Below are positions 36,281 to 45,500 of a stretch of DNA of 64,000 nucleotides, in pieces (the stretch's first letter is position 1; every line of letters starts with the position of its first letter). The stretch is from Selaginella moellendorffii. Its lineage: Eukaryota > Plantae > Lycopodiophyta. The DNA lies in assembly GCF_000143415.4 (NCBI RefSeq), contig NW_003314269.1, positions 3,539,969 through 3,603,968 on the forward strand. Direction: 5' to 3'. The notes beneath the pieces are model-generated. The model was not told the origin of the DNA, made no database searches, and saw only the letters and a list, made by a program, of their open reading frames with translations. The position numbers and the translations under genes were made by a program.

Positions 36281-39200
36281 TCAAGCCTCCTCTGATTCAG
36301 ATTCGGATTGTTCACCTTGAAATAAAATACATTAGAAACTTTGTAAAGGAATATTAATGAATCTCACCTTGAACCCGAGTTATGAATGCTCTTGCTGCAT
36401 CTCTTGCATGGTCTGGCAAGGTGATGGTGGCACTCTGCTTCCGCATCCAACCATGCACAACATTATCCACCGATATGCTCATGCTGGGATCCCTTGGATT
36501 CAGCACCCATCTCTTTTTTAGGCAATCCTTCGTATATCCGGAACTTGGCTTGAACCACTCCACAGTTACATTGAAGGAGTTAGTTTCCGCGTCCTCCTCT
36601 GCATCAGTGATGCAGCGCCCCACCCATATCATTTGTTTTTTATTACTGGGTCTGACAAGCACGACCATTCCTTTGCAGACCTGTACTGGATTGAATGCTG
36701 AATCCGGCTTCTTGTTCCTCGGCCCACAATAGTGATCCTCAACATCGTTATCTGTCACTGCATTTCCAGAGGACATTGTTCCGCTACTATCTGGTGCTCT
36801 GGGTTCTGGCCAAAAGGACTCTTCCAATTCTTCATATACAACCGGCCCATTTTGGATAGCAGATATAATCTTCTCCCAGTATTCGAGCAAAGGCTTGCAC
36901 CTCTGAAAATAGGATTCTCCACCAAACACCAACCCCCTCTTCCAGAAGGCAATATGCTGTCTAATCCCGGCCACTATACTTTCCTGGTCTTTGAGTCCAT
37001 CCGGGTGCATCGGCCGTGGGGAACCCTGAGGAATCATAGGTTCCCCAGTTATGGGATCTCTCTTGAAGAGTTCAATGCCGTCCACTGGCAGCCACACTGT
37101 GTCCCATTCTCTCATCTTGTACCTCATCACTGGAGCACCGTCACACATGCTGAAATGAAACTGAAGAGGCTTGGAGTGGCCAATCAGCGTTTCGGATCCA
37201 TCCCTGATGTAGCCTCTTACAAACCCCTTAAAGTCTGGAACTTCTGTCAGAAGTGCAGCTTCAACAGTGCCTTTGATGCAATTTTGGAATTCATCGTAGA
37301 GTTGTGGGAGGGTGAGGACATTGGATCGCTGGAGGGACTCTGCCAGGTGACTGAACATGGCATCGACGTCTTCATGAGTGTGCCCAACCATGAGAAAGCC
37401 AAGTGTAACCGTTTCAAATATGCCTTTGGCAACAAGCATCGCCAAGTACGCGAAGACGTACATGTTTTTGTTCTCACTGCCAGCATTGTCTGTTTGGAGC
37501 AGAAGATGGGGTGGAAGGCCACATCGGCCGCAAGAACTTCCTTGAGATTCTGCTTCGTTTGGATGAGGCTGTGCATTCACCGGGCGACCAGCCTCGTCGG
37601 AATGGCATGAGGCCTCACGTGATAACCCTACAATCTGACGGCCAACATATTCACTGGGATGGCATGGGGCCCCACGCGATACTGCAAGCCTTTGCTCCTC
37701 CTCCAGCTGAACCCTGTATGGGGTTCGATCGACAAGGGCCTTATGCAAGGGTTGGCCGTTCAGCTCAGTCTGCGCACTTTGCAGAGACCTTAAGTGTTTT
37801 GCTAGGGACGCAATCATCATGTTTGCACCCCCGCCACCCCATAGAGGTACAAAGAAGTTCCCATAGTTCTGGGCACCATGCCCATGAGCAATTATGCCAA
37901 ACAGAGACACAGGCAGCTGCATGGATGAAGAGATTGCCTTGGGGGCAGGATTGAGTCGAAGTAAGCACGTCTTTTTCTGGTCCATTTTGTCGTGGATGAT
38001 GCAGAGGTAAGAGTCAGGTCTCTCCATGGAGAGAATCCTGTTATAATAATATGCAGTCCTGCAGCTTCTCTGCTCGATGTTGTGGTCGAGCCGCCTTCTA
38101 ACCAACGTCTCTCGCTCTTGAACGCTGCAAGAATTCTTCGACAAAGCCATTTTGATAGCAGTGCACTCGTCACACTTTGAAAAGCTAGAGTACTTTCCTA
38201 TACTCACATCCCTGAACCTGTTGCTCCACAATCTACTAAATCTAGATTGGCTCAGCTTCCTGTAGCCATTACTCTGGAGTTCCCGATTCACATCTTCCAA
38301 TATGGCCCCCCTTGGTATACATGGAAGGGAGAACTCGTTGGGTGTCTCGTGTTCCATCTTCCAAGAGGCGGGTTTTATGTGGTTGCTGCTCGCTACATGT
38401 CTCGACAAACCTCTTGAAGATTGCCTCTCCATATACAACATGACCCCTGGTTTTGTGCGTACCGTCGTTCCCATGGACTGCCTGTTGAACCCTTTGTTCC
38501 TCGAACTCAGTTTTGATTCTGTAGAATGTGGTTCGAGGGACTCCATAAATGATTCTCCATGCCTTCATGCAGACCAAACCCCTCTGGAAGACCATGCCCC
38601 CCACCTGATGTTCTGAAGCATCAACAGATGACCGTAATGCCTCATACACAAAATTGCGAGCTGCCTTCCAGGACAATGTCTTGTATCTTGCTCTCTCCTC
38701 TTCAATAGCATCCCAATCAGCATGTTGACAGCACCTCCTCTTGCAACAAGCAACTGTCGAGACCATTCGAACCTCCATCGCCATTTTCTGCCTTTTCGGT
38801 TCGTTGCTCAGATCCCTTTGGCTGCGCTTTAGGAAGGTGTACTTTCTTTTCCCATGAAGAGATGTTCTGTCATCAGTTGTAGTGGTGTTTGATTGTGAAT
38901 CCTTCACATTCTCAAACACTAACTGCCTCAATTTCCACCGCACAATGCTTCCAATAGTCAGACTGTTTTCTTCTGTGTCAACAACCTCTAAAATCGCAAC
39001 TCCAATATCATCCCAGCCCAATTCTTGATTAGCAACCGCATCTCTTGGATCGACAACTGTGGCTAAGCCCTCAGCTACCACCTCCCCCTCGGGGTTGTTT
39101 AGAAACACCTTCGCCTGAATCCATGTAGCACGGTTCTTAAGATCCGCGGAGGGAACATGCGTCGCACTTGCGCTGTCCCCAACATCTACTTTCTTCTGAA

Positions 39201-39423
39201 GATTTTTCAAGGCAACAACAACATTTACCCCGACGACCATCTCTCCTCGTTCAATAGCGACCACATTCCCATCGAAGACAATCTCTACTGATACAGCAGC
39301 ATTGCCTTCCCCAAGCCTTTGACAGTGTATAACAAAGTTCCGATCCATATACACAAGGGTCCCTTTTGCAACTCTTTTTCCACCATTCAAAATGTAAACC
39401 TTTTCCCCAACCCTGAAGGCCAT
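36281..39423 (-). CDS. Sola-like (DUF7869-type) DDD transposase, ~1029 aa if the +1 shift at the G6 run (38306-38311) and a 52-nt intron (36316-36367) are resolved
   Basis: Motifs CCKRRCC, VCMKAWRIIYGV, HGN, FSKCDEC, IIHDKMDQ, LQTDNAGSENKN and FLMVGHTHEDVDAMFS. A TTTCAG acceptor sits just before the ATG. The terminal exon GEQSESESEEA* ends at the same stop position in copy 2. The 4-bp TSD fits Sola; the subgroup is not determined. Confidence 0.85.
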
Positions 39424-39611
39424 TCTGAAAGTGCAGAAAAGAAGTTAAAACCATACAAAAAATGATTGGAGAATAGCCTAAATCATAACATACCAAACAA
39501 CCTCAATAGCATGAGGCCACATGCCATTATTCAAACATGCTATTGACACCCACGTGAAATTTTGCATTCACAAAATTGGCATGAGCCCTCATGCCATTAG
39601 TGGTACCACTA

Positions 39612-39802
39612 ATGGCATGAGGCCTCACGCTATCTTTGGCCCCTGCTAGCCTGTTGCTATATTCCTTTTGCCTTGCTGCAACTGTATATATTTTTGTGTG
39701 CGTAACTAGTCACCCATACAAAATATATAGAATTGCAGCAAGGCAAAAGGAATATGGCAATAGGCTAGCAGGGGCCAAAGATGGCATGAGGCCTCATGCC
39801 AT
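39612..39802. repeat. ~190-bp fold-back hairpin bounded by two 22-bp palindromes
   Basis: TCTTTGGCCCCTGCTAGCCTGTTGCTATATTCCTTTTGCCTTGCTGCAA pairs with TTGCAGCAAGGCAAAAGGAATATGGCAATAGGCTAGCAGGGGCCAAAGA. Confidence 0.92.
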
Positions 39803-40418
39803 CTTGATATACACACAGCTGCAGGCAAGTAAAAACATACATGACAATACGCTAGCCATGAAATTGCAAGGGCCTAAGATGGCATGTGGCCTCATGCCAT
39901 TTCTAAATGTGGTCCTAAGCCATTCCATGGTGAACATACCAGGAAGCACAAGTGCCGAATATCAAGAGGAAGCGGTAGCCACACCAAAGACAGTGCCGCT
40001 CGCAACACCGCAACTACTCGTAGCGCCGCTCGCAACACCGCAACTGCTCGTAGCGCCGCTCGCACAAACTGCCACTCGCATAAACTGCCGCTCGCAATGG
40101 CGCTCGCAATGCCGCAACCGCTCGTAGACGCATAAACCACAGCCCACAACGCCGCTTACACAAGCAGCGCTCACTGCGCTCAGCGGAACCAAGAACACGG
40201 CGCACAAAAATGATAGACCTAGGAATGAGTTCAAGAATTCAAAAATAACACACGCTTGAACGTCACATCAAATCCTCTGACAAACCAGATCTTATGATTC
40301 CTTTGACAAATTTCAAACTGAGTAGCTTCTAGACTTTGCTGTCGGAGGTTGAACTTTGTCACATCATGTCCTTGCCTCGATCCAGCTGTGCCATGTCAGT
40401 GATTCGAACTTTGCCATG

Positions 40419-40436
40419 CCATGTCAGCGATCCGCG
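40419..40436. promoter_or_regulatory. Plant histone-promoter type I element-like (Hex plus reverse Oct)
   Basis: CCATGTCAGCGATCCGCG versus consensus CCACGTCANCGATCCGCG (one C>T). Retained in copy 2 at 59280-59297. Confidence 0.5.
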
Positions 40437-40958
40437 CCAAGATTATTCGCCGTGTAAAGGAATAATTACGCTGTGTGTGTACGTCCATTTATGGCAATAT
40501 AAGGCCACACGCCATTCAAAGAATAATGCTCGATATAAGGCCACACGCCATTCAAAGAATAATGCTAGTCGAGCATTTTTTGGTGCATTTTTGGGTTCAA
40601 AATTGCATGAGCCCACACACTATAAAGTTTACCTGTACCAAAAATAGAAACAGCTTTATTTACTTGGGAATTTAAGTGGTTGAGGCATTTTTAAACTTAC
40701 AAACACATGCCCTACTTACATTCCTTTGGTTGCCTAAAATTCAAAAATATTATAAACCTTTCTTTTTGCATTTTCAATGTTTTCAATTATGGTTTTTGAT
40801 TTTCGTAGGACCAGCCTAGTAATCTATTTGCATCCCGTTATGTTTATAGCTAGCTTTCGTTCGTCCCCTTCGCTAGCCTGAGATACATCTGCTCGGCATC
40901 TGCCTCTTACAGCATTTGCCCAGAAAGGGCATCTTTCTTCACGCAGCATTTGCCACAT

Positions 40959-40992
40959 GTTTAGGGTTTAGGGTTTAGGGTTTAGGGTTTAG
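40959..40992 (+). repeat. (TTTAGGG)n telomere-like / telo-box tract inside the transposon spacer
   Basis: GTTTAGGGTTTAGGGTTTAGGGTTTAGGGTTTAG. One unit shorter in copy 2 (~58767-58793). Confidence 0.85.
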
Positions 40993-42168
40993 CAATTCAG
41001 TAGCTTGATAAACATGCAAATACAGAACTTGATGCAAAATCCTTTGATATGTCACAATGCCCCTAGGACCATAAACACATTTCAATAGAGAGGGTCCTTT
41101 CATTTCATAACTCCTTACGTAGATCTTGGTGAAACCAGAGTTAGTGAAGTTAGTTTCTTGTGATCCCGCATCTGATTGTGATGTCCCTTTGCAGTTTCGA
41201 TGGAAAGGTCAATGCACACCAAACTGTAAAATCTTGGAGCAAAATAACGGTCGGATCTATGGCAAATGCCCCTGAAACATTGTAAGGCTCGTGTGGTCTC
41301 ATGTGGTGTCCGATCGAGATGCTTCTTTGCAGGGTCATCAAGAAAGACATTGTATACCATTCTGTAAAATCTAGTTGCGATCTAACGGTTGGATCTCCAG
41401 AAAACTCAAAAAAATCTCGCGCGTGTCAGAATATCCTAGGAATATACTCCTATGTGCCCCTGAAAATGGCATGCGGCCCCACGCCATTCAAGAGATAATG
41501 CTAGATGACGCCGAGAATTTTTTGGTGCATTTTCTGGGTTCAAAATTGCATGAGCCCACACGCTATAAAGTTTATCTTTGCCAAATAAAGAAAAGTTTAT
41601 CTGTGTCATGTGAGGTAGTTACAGTCCTTTGTGCTTGGCATCTGCTTCTTGCAGCATTTGCACTGAAAGGGAATTTTTCTCCATTCAGCATTTGGCCCTG
41701 AAAATGGCATGCGCCCACACGCCATTCAAGGAATAACGCCACAGGACGCCTGGATTTTTGGGTTTAAAATGTTTAGGGTTTTTTGGGTTTTTTCAAAATA
41801 TTTTGGGTCCAACGTTTTTTGGGTTTCTTTGGTTCAAAATTGCATGAGCCCACACGCTATAATATTGATTTGAGAGAAAAATAGAAACAGATAGAATTTC
41901 TTTATTTAGCTGAACATCTGCCATTTTTGGAAATACAAGATGCTTTGGAATATCCAATCATGCATGGTATAAATATAGTGAGGGTATTAAATGATATCCC
42001 AATCATGATCTTTCTTTTGGATTTCGCGTGCATGCAGTCCGAGGAATGATGACGTTGCGGATTTCTTTTGGATTTTGCGTGCTTGCATGCGCGCGGCAAT
42101 CCAGAAATTAATGGTGGCGCCCAAGTCCGAGGAATGATGACGTGGCGGGATTACCAACCGTTGTGACA

Positions 42169-42176
42169 TTTCGCGC
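42169..42176 (+). promoter_or_regulatory. E2F-type site upstream of the cargo gene
   Basis: TTTCGCGC, next to TGACGTGG (42138-42145) and CCGTTG. It precedes a CpG-rich leader and is retained in copy 2. Confidence 0.4.
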
Positions 42177-42566
42177 GTGTGAGGTTAGGTTTTGCATTTT
42201 GCTTTGTACTCGCGCTCGCACACTCGCGCTCCCGCTCGCATCGCGCTCCCACTCGCGATCACGCTCACTTCTCTACAGGTTTCTCGTGTGCATCGGCGTC
42301 CACTCGCGCTTGCATCACACTCGCGCTCGCATCGCGCTCGTGTGCATCGGCGTCCACTTCAAGACACACCCAGTTTGTAACTTCGCCGCCAACTCCGCCG
42401 CCCACTCCGCCACCCACACGCAGCCCACTTGGCGTCCCGGGAGATTTCAGCACCACTCTCCAACTGTAAGTGGCAGAGTAGCCTTGCTGCTACGATCCGC
42501 TGCACACACAGTGCACATTTGCCAGCGAGTCCGGCCTCGATTGTCACGGCCTCCATTCGGCTTCAA

Positions 42567-45500
42567 ATGGTAAGTCTTTTAGACCAAGTAGAAAATGCCA
42601 TGAGGCCACATGCCATTCAGTAGCAACATTGGCATGCACCGATTGGGCTCTCGAGTGCAGTCCGGTTACAGATGGCGTGTAGCCTCACGCCATCTTAGGA
42701 TGCAGCCTCAAGACATCTGATGCAGTGGTGAATGGCGTGTGGCCTCACGTTATTTCCAGCTGCTAGCTTTTCATCTGTCAGCTCTAATTGTTGTGCATTT
42801 TTGAACAGGCGAGGAATTGCGTTCTTCTTCCAGCCACTGTCAATGTGGATGCAGAGAAGGGGGAGGAGCTCACCAGTTGGACTTTCGGGATGGAAGGCGA
42901 GGATCTGATGCTGTACAACACAGATGGTGGGAGAAAAGAATGCATGGGGATCCTCATCCAAGTGACAGACACTCCATGCAGTTCCATGCAAGAATATGGA
43001 CTGGCACTTGTGGTAGAGACAGCGTCCGCCTTCAAGATCCACCTTGCACATCCTAGCGGCTTCCCGGAGGGGGGCAGCGGCTATGAGGAATTCCTAGAGG
43101 GAGCTAGGGAGAGGTTGTCCAGGAGGCCCACAATTTCAAAGACGCTGCGGGTCTATGAAGATCACATCGAATCCACGGACCTCACCTACGGCGATGTTCA
43201 AAAACTATATTCCAACATTGAGCCGTTGAGAGTGCCTCCAGTTTGCGAAGCGAAGGGGAAGGGGGTCGATCTGGAAACTACCCCGAAGCAGAAAAGGGTG
43301 GTCAAGCTCAAGCCGACGTCCGACTCTGCTGCTCCAAAAAAGAAGCTACTCGGTGATGCCATTGCCTCGGGTTCGAACACTACACCCACCAAAAAGAAGA
43401 GCCGCAAAGAGCAGAAAGAGCAAGAAGAGGCAGCAAAAATCGTCGCAGATAATAGTACTTGTTACTATTCCAACAAAGTATATACAATCGACGTGAGCCG
43501 TATCGAGATCCAAAGCAAATACAACCACAGGCTAGTATCTGATGAGTGGGTGGAGAAACTGAAGCAGAAGATGCTGGCAAGTCCAGTAACACCTGACATC
43601 GCAGACGTGATCCCCTACTACCGAACAATGAAGGGCGAGACGAGGTTTCCAGACTTGATCAATAGGAAGGTGTTGGAAGATCAGAACATCCGGTTCTATG
43701 CCGTCTCCGGGCAGCATTCTAGCTTGGCGATGCAACAGATAGTTGTGGATATTATGGTGGGCGAGGAGGTGAAGAAAGTCTTCAAGACAAGAGTTGTCCG
43801 CCTGATAAAAGGCAACTCCCCCCTCCGATCTATCATATACATCTCCCACGCGCAGAATGTCAAGCAAGAAACGTGCTACAAATCGGGTCTGCACGAGACA
43901 TTGGCACGAACACGGAAGCTCTGGGTTCAACTGAAGAAGCCACAAAAACCAGGACAAAGACGTGCACTAGCAACTAGCGCCTGGCAGGTAAGCCTCGTTG
44001 CATGTGGCATAGCATGTGGCCTCACGCCATTTCCATTGCAGGAATTCTCGAGTCTTCTCTCGAAAACACTGGGGGTCAATGACACACTCAGCATCCATAA
44101 CATTCTACTCACGACAAAAGTTGTTTTTGACAAATGGGTAGATGTGCTAAGGAGGTACTATGACGGGGAGTTGCTAAACTCAATGGGTGTGGAGGACGGC
44201 CAGAAGCCCAATGATTTGAAGCTCAACGCCTTGCGTTTCTCGCGGTCTCTAGACGACGACGACCTTCTGACAGTGGCTAATGCTCTTCTACGTGGTGAGG
44301 TAGTCTTCAACAAGACCAAAATGACTCCCGGCCATATTGTGACATACGAGGACTTGTGCACGACTCTGAGAGCTCGTGCGCTATTGAAGGATTGGATCTT
44401 CGAGCAAGTGGCCGTGGCGAGGGTGAGCATCGACACCACGCAAGAGATGATGGAAGAGCTGGACTTGTCAAATGAAGACATCGACGAGTACGTGAAGGGG
44501 GCCCCCAAGTTCATCGATCTGCTGCGGGATGCCACGAAAAGTAAAGCTGAGAAGTTGGATCAGTATCCAAATTTCATTAAGAGGGATGTCGACCGCCGGC
44601 TTCAGAAACAGCTCGACCCCGCAGCAGAGGCCTATCGAGAACCTTACCGGGTATACGTGAATTCGGATGAGGATCAAAGGTGGAGGAGCATCGTTTCCCG
44701 CGGAGATGAGCAGGTCAAGAACATCTTTTGTGTGATGGACTTCACAAACGAGGAGATCACTCATGCAGACGAAGTCAGCTCCATCATTGACTTAATGGTG
44801 GGACTTGCGGAGGTGGAATCTTCAGTCCACTATATGATCTACGACTCCGAATCCTATCACAAGTTCTGGAAGGCCTTGAACGAGGTGAAGGCTCGGTTGA
44901 AAGGCAAGGAGATGCGGGAGATCCATGGGATAATGGCTAAGAAGAAGATACCGACGAATGTCCGCATCTTCACAGTCGCCCTTGTTATTGGTCCTGCAGC
45001 AGAGTGGGACTGGAGTGACTTCCCAGCTTCGTTCAACAAAGCCGATCGAATTGATCTGAGGGAGGTCAATTTACCCGTGCCTGAGGAACTGAAGACGGCT
45101 ATGGAGCTTTCGAATCCAAAGAAAGCTCCAGGTGCAGCATGGGAAATGCTCAGCTGGGTCTTCAACGCAATAGCGGGTGACTCCAAGGGCAAATGCGTTG
45201 TCGAGTACAACTGCGGCGGACTATTCTTTCGAGCCGCACTACTCAAGGGTGTCCCGTGTGTTGCGGTGACAAACTCCATTGAAGAGGTGACTTCAATGGA
45301 GCATATAATTACAGTTGCCAAAGAAAAACAGTATCTTCTCTACGAACCTGGTAAGTACGCACTTTAAGTTTAAATGTTATCTCACAAGCTCTGTATGCAG
45401 GAGCGTGGCCACCCCCAGATGCTGAAACGGCGTTAACAGCTACTGATGTTAGGCCGAGGTCACAACCTGCACAAGGTAAGGTCACGTGAGGCCTCACGCC

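Noticed and set aside
36732-37954. Antisense ORFs of 292 and 147 aa, and similar ones opposite the cargo gene
   Set aside because: Shadow frames of the real coding strand with no recognisable motifs.
38311-38320. 10-nt GT...AG (GTATACCAAG on the coding strand) whose removal would repair the transposase frame
   Set aside because: Far below any plausible spliceosomal intron size; the other introns here are 47 nt or longer.
40959-40992. Telomere repeats as a chromosome end or fusion site
   Set aside because: Present at the same position in both transposon copies, so they are part of the element.
39636-41701. Short ORFs in the transposon spacer shared by both copies
   Set aside because: Sharing reflects recent copy identity; they run through hairpins and tandem repeats and show no protein-like motifs.
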